DNA of 64,000 bases from Bacillota bacterium (lineage in GTDB: Bacteria; Bacillota_I; Bacilli_A; Izemoplasmatales; UBA1188). Both the position numbers and the translations under genes were made by a program. The stretch is taken from assembly GCA_023410715.1 (NCBI GenBank), contig JAEYPN010000030.1, forward strand, positions 48,806 through 112,805, in the 5' to 3' direction. Within the stretch, counting starts at the first letter, position 1; each line of letters starts with the position of its first letter. The notes beneath the pieces are model-generated. The model worked only from the letters and a program-made list of their open reading frames with translations. It searched no databases and was not told the DNA's origin. Shown here one piece after another: positions 20,173-28,052 of this stretch.

Positions 20173-21627
20173 ATGTTAATTTTAGAATCTATTATGCTTG
20201 ATATTTTAGTTACCATTTTCATGTTACTTATAATATGTGTTTTAATACTCTTCCTTTACAGAAGTATAAAAAAAGAAAACTTCAGATACTATAATGAAAA
20301 TATTAGAGAGATTGATGGGATTAAGTCAAAGAGAGATTTTGTGAGTGATGTTTCTGATACGATTGCCAGATTTGGTAATATTGCTAGATTCTCTTTAATG
20401 AAGGTATCAACAGAAGGACTTGAAAATATTAATGAAAAATATGGTATAAAGGATGGAGACAGAACTATTCAGGAAATATGTACTAGAATGCTTAAAATTG
20501 TTCCTGAAAAATCAGTTATAGGTCGAACAGATAATACAGAATTTACAATCTGGATAAAAAATATTTTAAGTTTAGACCAAATTACTGTGTTAGCTGAAGA
20601 TATAATTGAATCAATTGAGAGACCAATTGCCGTTCAAAATGGCGAAGTAAACGTTGAATGTAAGATTGGAATTGTAAAATTTCCCGATCATGGGTTTAAT
20701 TATAAAACATTAATCACTAACCTAAATACTGCCTGTTATGTGGCAATTAAAGACACTGGAGCAAAGTTTGCAATCTTTAGTGAAAAAATTAAAGATGAAG
20801 AAGCTGAAAATGCTAAGTATTTCTTAGAATTAAAAGATGCTATTAAAAGGGAACAATTTACTTTATACTATCAGCCAATTGTTTCCTTAACTAAAAAGAA
20901 AATTGTAGCGGTAGAGTCCTTGCTTAGATGGAATCATCCAACATTAGGTGTTTTAGGACCCCATGAATTTATTGATGTTTTAGAAAAATCAGGCGATATA
21001 AACTGGGTTGGCTTTTGGGGGATTCAGGAATTAATAAAAAAACAACAGGAATTTAAAAAAACAATACCAAACTTTGATGTGGTATTTACTTTTAATCTTT
21101 CGCCAAAACAGCTACAATCACCTACGATTGTCGATGAGTTTAGAAAAATACTTAGAAAGTTTAATCAAAATCCGGAAACAATCTGTTTAGAAATAGTTGA
21201 ATTTGCGATGTTCCAAAAATATGGAATTATTTTAGAAAATGTTGAAAAATTAAAAGAGCTTGGCTTTAAGATTGCTATTGATGACCTAGGATTAGAATAT
21301 GCTACGTTATCAAAGCTTGATAAGATGCCAATTGATTATATCAAACTTGATAAATCATTTATTTCTCAAGCTAAAGAGAATTTTATGAATGTCAAGATTA
21401 CTGAAATGTTGATTGATATTACTAAAGATAAACAAATTAAGATTGTTGCTGAAGCAATTGAAAACGAAGAAATGATTAGCTACGTTCGTAATTTAGGCAT
21501 TAATTTAGTTCAGGGATATTGCTTCTCAAGCCCAGTAAATTCCCAAGATATTAAACAGCTAATTCTTAAAAATAATTATAAAGAGATAATAGATAGCACG
21601 GAAAAAATTAAAGCGTCGACAGAATAA
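20173..21627 (+). CDS. Membrane protein with degenerate GGDEF and divergent EAL domains (phosphodiesterase or c-di-GMP sensor)
   Basis: 484 aa with an N-terminal TM. The GGDEF site reads R-T-D-N-T-E-F. The EAL boxes are partly altered: VESLLRW, FNLSP, LEIVEF, IDDLGLEYAT (for DDFGTGYSS), IKLD, AEAIEN and VQGY. Confidence 0.75.
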   Translation: MLILESIMLDILVTIFMLLIICVLILFLYRSIKKENFRYYNENIREIDGIKSKRDFVSDVSDTIARFGNIARFSLMKVSTEGLENINEKYGIKDGDRTIQEICTRMLKIVPEKSVIGRTDNTEFTIWIKNILSLDQITVLAEDIIESIERPIAVQNGEVNVECKIGIVKFPDHGFNYKTLITNLNTACYVAIKDTGAKFAIFSEKIKDEEAENAKYFLELKDAIKREQFTLYYQPIVSLTKKKIVAVESLLRWNHPTLGVLGPHEFIDVLEKSGDINWVGFWGIQELIKKQQEFKKTIPNFDVVFTFNLSPKQLQSPTIVDEFRKILRKFNQNPETICLEIVEFAMFQKYGIILENVEKLKELGFKIAIDDLGLEYATLSKLDKMPIDYIKLDKSFISQAKENFMNVKITEMLIDITKDKQIKIVAEAIENEEMISYVRNLGINLVQGYCFSSPVNSQDIKQLILKNNYKEIIDSTEKIKASTE

Positions 21628-21666
21628 TTTTTTTTCTAACAAAATGGAAAAAATTATAAATATTAC

Positions 21667-21695
21667 TTGACAATTTTCTATATATATAATAGAAT
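21667..21695 (+). promoter_or_regulatory. Sigma-A-type promoter of riboswitch operon 2
   Basis: TTGACA (21667-21672), 17 nt spacer, TAGAAT (21690-21695). A TATAAT at 21685-21690 would leave only a 12-nt spacer. Confidence 0.55.
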
Positions 21696-21701
21696 GTTTT
21701 T

Positions 21702-21781
21702 GTAATATAAATGGCAAACTTGTTGAAAAACAAGGACGCAAAGCTATAGGGCCTATACATAGGCAGCCAGTTGCTATTATC
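21702..21781 (+). promoter_or_regulatory. c-di-GMP-I (GEMM-I) riboswitch aptamer, copy 2
   Basis: GGCAAAC-(CTTGTT GAAA AACAAG)-GACGCAAAGCTATAGGGCC...AGGCAGCCAGTTGCTATTATC. It shares long identical stretches with copy 1, such as GGACGCAAAGCTATAGGGCCT. Confidence 0.85.
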
Positions 21782-21803
21782 TCTTTCGGATAATAGTTTT
21801 TTA
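21774..21803 (+). terminator. Riboswitch expression-platform terminator, copy 2
   Basis: CTATTATC-tctttcg-GATAATAG hairpin followed by TTTTTT. The stem sequence matches copy 1. Confidence 0.8.
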
Positions 21804-21847
21804 TTTTAAAAAGCTATTATTAACTGAATGAAAGGGGGGTAATGGCC

Positions 21848-22525
21848 ATGAGATTATCTGAAATTAAAGCAGCTAAAAGAATTTTAACAATAAAAAAATT
21901 TACAAGAATTGGCTTAAGTATAACTGCAGCTATATCAGTAATCTTTTCATTTATTGCTCTTTACGCTAAAAATGCTGGTAATTATGCTATAAAACTAGAA
22001 GATTCTCGTTCTAGATCAATGTCATTATCCGAAACTTATGATTTTGCAAAACCGGTTACAAGTCTTACAGCCAAAGGTATTAACAGTATGCTTGATATTG
22101 ATGGTAATTATCTTAACATGGAAACCATATCAAGGGTTGATGGTTCAAATAACCTTGGCAATTTCTATATTGCTTATACATTTTATTTAAAGAATGTAGG
22201 AGAAGAAACTTACGATTATGAGATGAAATTCTTTATTGAAGATGTAACCAAAGGAGTCGATAGTGCTTTAAGACTTCGTATTTATAAAGATGGAGTTGAT
22301 ACCATTTATGCTAAACTAGCAAAAGATGGTAATCCAGAACCTGGTACTATCGCATTTAAGTCCGATGTAGTCGCTGCTGATGAAGTTTATAAAAACTTTA
22401 AACCAGGCGAAATACATAAATATACGATTGTCATATATTTACATGGTCCAGATCCAGAATGTGTTAATGACATTATGTCTGGTATCATTAAAGCCAGTAT
22501 GCAATTTAGTGTTATAGGTCTATAA
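21848..22525 (+). CDS. Membrane-anchored or secreted beta-rich protein, first gene of riboswitch operon 2
   Basis: The ORF track starts at 21842. I prefer ATG 21848, which lies 8 nt after the GGGGGG RBS. A basic N-terminus and one hydrophobic segment (...ISVIFSFIALYAKNAGNYAIKLED) precede a beta-rich body. No family recognised. Confidence 0.5.
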   Translation: MRLSEIKAAKRILTIKKFTRIGLSITAAISVIFSFIALYAKNAGNYAIKLEDSRSRSMSLSETYDFAKPVTSLTAKGINSMLDIDGNYLNMETISRVDGSNNLGNFYIAYTFYLKNVGEETYDYEMKFFIEDVTKGVDSALRLRIYKDGVDTIYAKLAKDGNPEPGTIAFKSDVVAADEVYKNFKPGEIHKYTIVIYLHGPDPECVNDIMSGIIKASMQFSVIGL

Positions 22526-22556
22526 GAAAATTATAAATAAATTAAGGAGAAGAGAA

Positions 22557-23885
22557 ATGAAAGGATTTAACAAGAAATTATTAGTTGCATCATTTACATT
22601 ATTATTTGCAGTTGTTGCAACAGTTGCATCAACATTTGCATGGTTCACAATGAATACAACATCAAGTGTATCTCAATTTGACTTGCAAGTGACAGCCGGC
22701 GAAGGTATGATGATATCTTTAAACGGTCAAGAAGGTACTTATAAGAGTACAATTACAAGAGAAGAAATTCTAGCTTTCTTATTAAAAGGAACTGATAACT
22801 CTGGATGGTTAGTTGATACTAACAGTAAAAGAACAAGACTATTAGACCCAATTACATCAGTTAATGGAACGACTTTCTTAAACTTAAAAGGATTAGTAAC
22901 TGGTACTAATAATGTTTTTGATAACTTAACATTCTACTTTAGAAGCCAAAATAAACTTGATGTTAGACTTCAAACAGCATCTGTTACAGGTCCAAACGCT
23001 GTACTAGATCTTGAAGTTAAAAAAACTGACAAAGTTGGTATTTGGGCAGATAATAATACTTTTAAATCTGATATTTTTGATTATTCAGAAAAAGAAGATC
23101 CTGAACTAGAAAACTTAAGATTAACTACTACTTTAGCTAACGCTATTAGATATTCATTTGAACAAAAATCAGGTTCAGATGCAAACACTACTAAAGTTAA
23201 TGTATTTGATCTTAACTCACAAAAAGGTTTTGGTGGAAGAGACGTTTTAGTTTATAAGTCAGGAACAGATAAACAAGATGTTTATGATTATTTAGTTGAA
23301 AACAACTTAGCTTATGCATACTTAAATAAAGTTTCTCCAGAAGATTTATATGAAAATGGTACAACTATTAACTTTGGTGCAATTAAAAATACTGATCAAA
23401 TTTTCTTACCTACTGAAGATGTAACATACAATTTATATAATGAAGTTAAGTATGGAGAAATCTATCAAGAACAATTAGATAGAATAACTAATGCTCAAAA
23501 TGCGATTAACTTACTAAACAAAGAAGGAGAACTTACTCCAGCTGAACAAGGAACATTAGCTGCAATTATTGATTATTTTAAAAATGATGGTATTACAAGC
23601 GATAGTACAGTTTCTGCTTATGAAGCTATTATAAATACTGCCAATATAGCAATTAATGGCCTTTCTGATAATGATAAGAAAGTATTAACAACACATTATT
23701 CTTATCCAACACTTCTTACTTTAAGTGATACAGCAGATGGTAATGGATGGTATACAGGTTCAATTCAATTAAGAGTTTGGTGCGAAGGTTGGGACGCTGA
23801 CTGCTTTGACGTATTATTTGAAGAAAAAGTATATATTAATTTTACATTCGTAGGTACTAAAATAGAAAGTGCACCTGCAATCTAA
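22557..23885 (+). CDS. Large TasA-like secreted protein (442 aa) with a SipW-type signal peptide, candidate major subunit
   Basis: Strong AAGGAG RBS. The N-terminus MKGFNKKLLVASFTLLFAVVATVASTFAWFTMNTTSSVSQFDLQVTAG fits the TasA-like pattern. A strong terminator follows the gene. Confidence 0.6.
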   Translation: MKGFNKKLLVASFTLLFAVVATVASTFAWFTMNTTSSVSQFDLQVTAGEGMMISLNGQEGTYKSTITREEILAFLLKGTDNSGWLVDTNSKRTRLLDPITSVNGTTFLNLKGLVTGTNNVFDNLTFYFRSQNKLDVRLQTASVTGPNAVLDLEVKKTDKVGIWADNNTFKSDIFDYSEKEDPELENLRLTTTLANAIRYSFEQKSGSDANTTKVNVFDLNSQKGFGGRDVLVYKSGTDKQDVYDYLVENNLAYAYLNKVSPEDLYENGTTINFGAIKNTDQIFLPTEDVTYNLYNEVKYGEIYQEQLDRITNAQNAINLLNKEGELTPAEQGTLAAIIDYFKNDGITSDSTVSAYEAIINTANIAINGLSDNDKKVLTTHYSYPTLLTLSDTADGNGWYTGSIQLRVWCEGWDADCFDVLFEEKVYINFTFVGTKIESAPAI

Positions 23886-23922
23886 CATTTTAATATAATT
23901 TTTAATAACTAAATATTTATAT

Positions 23923-23953
23923 AAGACCACAAAGTTTTTTGTGGTCTTATTTT
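23923..23953 (+). terminator. Rho-independent terminator inside the locus, after the 442-aa subunit gene
   Basis: AAGACCACAAA-gtttt-TTTGTGGTCTT perfect hairpin followed by a T-rich tail. Confidence 0.8.
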
Positions 23954-23960
23954 AGAAATA

Positions 23961-23969
23961 TGGTATAAT
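23961..23969 (+). promoter_or_regulatory. Extended -10 promoter element (TGgTATAAT)
   Basis: TG at 23961-62 and TATAAT at 23964-69, about 35-45 nt upstream of the next ORF. No good -35 element is seen. Confidence 0.45.
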
Positions 23970-24003
23970 TTATACATATATATCAAAATTTAGCAAAGGT
24001 TGT

Positions 24004-24729
24004 GTGAATAAAATGGAGAATGTTACTAATAAACCAAAAGGCAAGAAAATATTTAGCATAATTTTTAATGTAATCTTTTATATTATTATTGTGTTAATAA
24101 TTGTTTTTGCATTTCTAAGTGTCGTTCAGAAAAAAAATAACGGAATATCCTTTGTTTTTGGTTATTCACCAGTTCGGGTTTTAACAAAATCCATGGTTGG
24201 AGAAAATGAAGATTCATTTAATAAAAATGATGTAATAATTGTAAAGAAGTTTACTGATTCTGATGAAATTATAGTTGGTAAGACAATTATTACTTTTTAT
24301 GCTAATATAAATGGGATTACTGCTCCGAATTCACATAGAGTCATAGATATGCTTGTCATTGATGGGAAAATATGCTATCAGACAAAAGGTGATAATAATC
24401 CAGAACCTGACCGTCTTCTTGTGAACGAAGAAGATATAATTGGTATCTATGTAAATAAGATTGAAAAAGTTGGTTATCCAATCGAAAAGTTACAAACAAA
24501 AACAGGATTTTTACTTTCAGTTGTCTTACCTTCTGTTTTGTTTTTAATTTATCAAATGTTTGTTTTTGGTAAAATTGTTATAGATTCTAAGGTAGAAAAA
24601 GAAAAAGCTATACTTGAAGAACAAAAAATTCAAAATGAAATTAAAGAGAAAGAAGCTTTAGAATTAAAGAAGAGATTAGAGGAATTAGAAAAAAAATTAG
24701 CTGCAAGTGACTATGCAAAAGATAAGTAA
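24004..24729 (+). CDS. SipW-type signal peptidase I, paralogue 2, with a C-terminal TM and charged coiled-coil tail
   Basis: The Ser box reads VLTKSMVG. The His box is NSHRVID and the QTKGDNNPEPD box is intact. A C-terminal TM is followed by a Glu/Lys-rich tail. The start is ambiguous between GTG 24004 and ATG 24013. Confidence 0.7.
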   Translation: MNKMENVTNKPKGKKIFSIIFNVIFYIIIVLIIVFAFLSVVQKKNNGISFVFGYSPVRVLTKSMVGENEDSFNKNDVIIVKKFTDSDEIIVGKTIITFYANINGITAPNSHRVIDMLVIDGKICYQTKGDNNPEPDRLLVNEEDIIGIYVNKIEKVGYPIEKLQTKTGFLLSVVLPSVLFLIYQMFVFGKIVIDSKVEKEKAILEEQKIQNEIKEKEALELKKRLEELEKKLAASDYAKDK

Positions 24730-24740
24730 GAGGTGGGTTT

Positions 24741-26285
24741 ATGAGTGCTTTTTCAAAATACTACATTGATTTTTTACTCGAATTTATCAGAGATGTAAAA
24801 AACTTTTTTGTTGATTTGTTTTTAGTCTTCTGGCAAATAATCTTAAATATTGTTGATTACTTTGATATGATGATTGATCAATCAAGTGATTTTGGCATTG
24901 TTGGTTGGTTATTTGCTGTAATTATTACACTCATTAATTTAGCTTTAGCTGTATTTATAGGAATCAGATTATGGCAATTTTTACGTCGATATTTTATCTT
25001 TAGAAAAAGGCAATTAGAAAAAGAAGAGTTGCTTGAAGAAGTGGCAATGCTTAATGAGCAAGTTGCTAATTTAGTTGATGAAAAGAATAATATTATGAAT
25101 TTAAAACTTTCTGCTTTAAGTGCTAAAGGTTTTGATATTAGTAAAATTAACCAAGGTTCTGGAACTGCTGAAAATAATGCAAGCGAAAAATCTGCTAATT
25201 CTCGGTTTATAAAGTTAACTATAGTCGATGAAATTTATCGTAATAAGAATACCAAAATTACAATGGGTCAAGATGACGCTATTGGTTTAACTGAACTTGT
25301 TGAACGATTTGTTAACTTCTCTGCAAGTCAACTTAAACTTTACTATACGAAAAAAACAATCTCAGTATTTTTTGCAGGCTTAGCTACATCGAAGATTATG
25401 ATCCTTGAAGGTATATCTGGTACAGGTAAAACCTCGCTACCTTATGCCATGGGTAAATTTTTTAAAACGCAAACACAAATTATTTCAGTTCAGCCATCGT
25501 GGCGTGACCGTGCTGAAATTTTAGGATATCTAAATGAGTTTACTAAGAGATTTGTTGAAACTGACTTCTTAAAATGTGTTTATGAAGTTACTTATCGTGA
25601 AGATATTAACTTTATAATTTTAGATGAGATGAACTTAGCACGTATTGAGTATTATTTCGCTGACTTTTTATCAATGATGGAAATGCCAGATATTTCTGAA
25701 TGGAAAATAGACTTAGTTCCAAGTTCACTTGCATCAGACCCTGTTAATTTAATTGAAGGAAAGTTACTCGTTCCTCAAAATGTCTGGTTTATTGGAACAG
25801 CAAATAAGGATGACTCAACATTCACAATTACCGATAAGGTTTATGACCGTGCGACAACACTAGAATTTAGATCTAAGGGTGAATATTTTGATGCGCCATA
25901 TACGGAAAATCTTAATATGAGTTATGATTACTTAAATGAACTATTCCAACAAGCGTTAGATAAGATTCATGTTTCACCACTTGTGACAGATAATTTAAAT
26001 AAACTTGATCAATTTATTCAACAAAAATTTAAACTGGCATTTGGTAATCGTATTTTAAAACAAATTAATACCTTTATTCCAGTTTACGTTGCTTGCGGTG
26101 GAAATGAAGTAGATGGGTTAGACTATTTATTTGCTCATAAAATACTTAGAAAGTTTGAAAGCTTAAACATTGGTTTTATGACTGATGAGGTTAATCAATT
26201 AATTTTATTAATTCAAAAATTATTTGGAAAAAATAAATTTACTGAATCAATTCAGTATTTACAATCATTAATGAAAATGATGTAA
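24741..26285 (+). CDS. Membrane-anchored McrB-like AAA+ (AAA_5 family) NTPase
   Basis: AGAGGTGG RBS. The N-terminal ~80 aa are hydrophobic (TM around GWLFAVIITLINLALAVFIGI) and are followed by a coiled-coil segment. Walker A is EGISGTGKTS and Walker B is FIILDEMNLARIEYYFADFLSMME. WFIGTANKDDSTF corresponds to the McrB GTMNTADRS box. Confidence 0.7.
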   Translation: MSAFSKYYIDFLLEFIRDVKNFFVDLFLVFWQIILNIVDYFDMMIDQSSDFGIVGWLFAVIITLINLALAVFIGIRLWQFLRRYFIFRKRQLEKEELLEEVAMLNEQVANLVDEKNNIMNLKLSALSAKGFDISKINQGSGTAENNASEKSANSRFIKLTIVDEIYRNKNTKITMGQDDAIGLTELVERFVNFSASQLKLYYTKKTISVFFAGLATSKIMILEGISGTGKTSLPYAMGKFFKTQTQIISVQPSWRDRAEILGYLNEFTKRFVETDFLKCVYEVTYREDINFIILDEMNLARIEYYFADFLSMMEMPDISEWKIDLVPSSLASDPVNLIEGKLLVPQNVWFIGTANKDDSTFTITDKVYDRATTLEFRSKGEYFDAPYTENLNMSYDYLNELFQQALDKIHVSPLVTDNLNKLDQFIQQKFKLAFGNRILKQINTFIPVYVACGGNEVDGLDYLFAHKILRKFESLNIGFMTDEVNQLILLIQKLFGKNKFTESIQYLQSLMKMM

Positions 26286-26301
26286 GATTGCAGGTGAAAA
26301 A

Positions 26302-28032
26302 ATGGGGAAAAGTAGTTTAGAAAAAATATATACAAGTATTGATGCTAGCTTAAATAAAAATCTTAATAGTGATGCCCCATTTTCTTTGGCATTTTCTACA
26401 GCTCTTGAAACCGGTAAAAATGAAATTAATCAGAAACAAACTGAAGAAACAAAAGTTTTTGATACTAGCTGGATTGATGCGATTGATGAAGCCTTACCAC
26501 ATATTGAAAAAATCATTTTAAATCCTCGTAAATTTATCAAAGAAATTGATGAAATAGTACCTGTTGAGCTTGCAAAAAAGACAAACAAAGATTCTGTCCG
26601 TCATTTAGCTCAACACACGCAGTTTATTAGATCAATTGAAGATGAAAATGTTACGCCTAATAAGATTTTAACAACTTATAAAGATGAAAATTTAGCAATT
26701 TATGAAAATCGTTTTATTAAGACACTAATTGATAAACTTAATATATTTGTTGAAAGAAGATATGAAGCGTTAATTCAAAACCAGGAATCATTTATTAAGA
26801 ATGATTTAAAATTAAAATCGGATTTTAATTACTTATCATCTTTTATTAATGTTGAATTAATTGTTAATCTCAAAGAAGATTTAAAGGATTCAGAATTAGG
26901 TAAAAAAAATAAAGCAATTATTGAGCGTGCTTTCAAAGTAAAAGATTATGTGAGAAAGCTTAAAGGCTCACGCTTTATGCAAGAGCTTGAAGGTGCAAAA
27001 AAAGTTACACCACCAATTATGAAAACAAATATCATAATGAAACAGCCAGATTATAGAGCAGCTTATAAACTTTGGACCCAAATTGAATCATATTCAGTTT
27101 TAGGATACGATATTGATATTAAAGAAAAAGATTTACCGATTGATGATGAATATTTAGATGATATCTATCATTTAATTGAGTTATCAGCGTTAACCTTGAT
27201 TTATAATCAACAAACAAGAACAACAGATTATGACGAGATACCAGCAAATAATAAAAAATTGAAAAGGCCAAAAAATGGTCAATGGTATAGTGATCAGATT
27301 GATTTTGTTAATGGCGAAATAAAACTTGAAGATAACGAAATTAATGAATATTATTATCAAAAATCAAAAAATAATGTTAGAACTAAATTATCAACATTAG
27401 TAAGAAGTGGCTATTCATATGAGGATGCTTTTCGTAATGTAATTAAACAAATGATGAACATTAATAATGTAATTATCAATAATGGGCTTTTAAATGCCGA
27501 TTTTAATCATGTTTTAGATGAAGAAGAAGATAATCTAGATGATAATAAATTTATGGATATTGACGTTGATATTAATAAGGAAACATTAGAGAAAAAATTA
27601 GAAATACTAGAACGTCAAACCAAATTACTTCTTATTGCTGAAGAGTTAAAAAGAAATGATTTAGAAACATTAGATAGACAACTGGAGAACTTAAATAAAC
27701 AAAAATTTGCAATTAACTGTGAATTGAGTAATCGAGAATTAAATGATCAAATTGCTAATGAAATTTTATTAGAAGAAAGTTTCCAAAATGAAAGAATTAG
27801 AAGAATTAAACCTCGCGAGCGGGATATCACGAAACATTTAGAGTTGTTAAAGAAAGTTCAGGATGCTGGCTTGGCCCGTCAAAAACGACTTGAAGCGGAA
27901 AAATTACATGAAAAAGAGCGCTTTGAAAAATTAAAACTTTTAGAACAGCAAAAAAAAGCAGAGCAGAAAGAAAAAAACAAGGAAAAGAAAGCTCATCTTA
28001 AAGAAAAAAATAAGAATAAAGGGAAAAAGTAA
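26302..28032 (+). CDS. DUF2357-like (McrC N-terminal-like) protein with a long C-terminal coiled-coil, Lys-rich tail
   Basis: 576 aa immediately 3' of the McrB-like gene. Segments ...VRHLAQHTQFI...NLAIYENRFIKTLIDKL... and QPDYRAAYKLW resemble, from memory, DUF2357-type partners of McrB-like ATPases. I see no PD-(D/E)xK nuclease motif. The C-terminal ~170 aa are a heptad-like, Glu/Lys-rich region. Confidence 0.4.
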   Translation: MGKSSLEKIYTSIDASLNKNLNSDAPFSLAFSTALETGKNEINQKQTEETKVFDTSWIDAIDEALPHIEKIILNPRKFIKEIDEIVPVELAKKTNKDSVRHLAQHTQFIRSIEDENVTPNKILTTYKDENLAIYENRFIKTLIDKLNIFVERRYEALIQNQESFIKNDLKLKSDFNYLSSFINVELIVNLKEDLKDSELGKKNKAIIERAFKVKDYVRKLKGSRFMQELEGAKKVTPPIMKTNIIMKQPDYRAAYKLWTQIESYSVLGYDIDIKEKDLPIDDEYLDDIYHLIELSALTLIYNQQTRTTDYDEIPANNKKLKRPKNGQWYSDQIDFVNGEIKLEDNEINEYYYQKSKNNVRTKLSTLVRSGYSYEDAFRNVIKQMMNINNVIINNGLLNADFNHVLDEEEDNLDDNKFMDIDVDINKETLEKKLEILERQTKLLLIAEELKRNDLETLDRQLENLNKQKFAINCELSNRELNDQIANEILLEESFQNERIRRIKPRERDITKHLELLKKVQDAGLARQKRLEAEKLHEKERFEKLKLLEQQKKAEQKEKNKEKKAHLKEKNKNKGKK

Positions 28033-28052
28033 TAAAAACAGGAGGTGGTAAC

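Noticed and set aside
21559-21741. A 60-aa minus-strand ORF spans the end of the EAL gene and the second riboswitch.
   Set aside because: It overlaps the promoter and the GEMM-I aptamer on the opposite strand. It has no RBS and no recognisable features. The region is better explained by the regulatory cassette.
24741-28032. Reading the AAA+ and partner pair as a classical McrBC methyl-cytosine restriction system.
   Set aside because: The ATPase N-terminus is a membrane segment and coiled coil rather than a DNA-binding domain. I could not find a PD-(D/E)xK motif in the partner. The pair is therefore kept as an open finding, not annotated as McrBC, although profile searches could overturn this.
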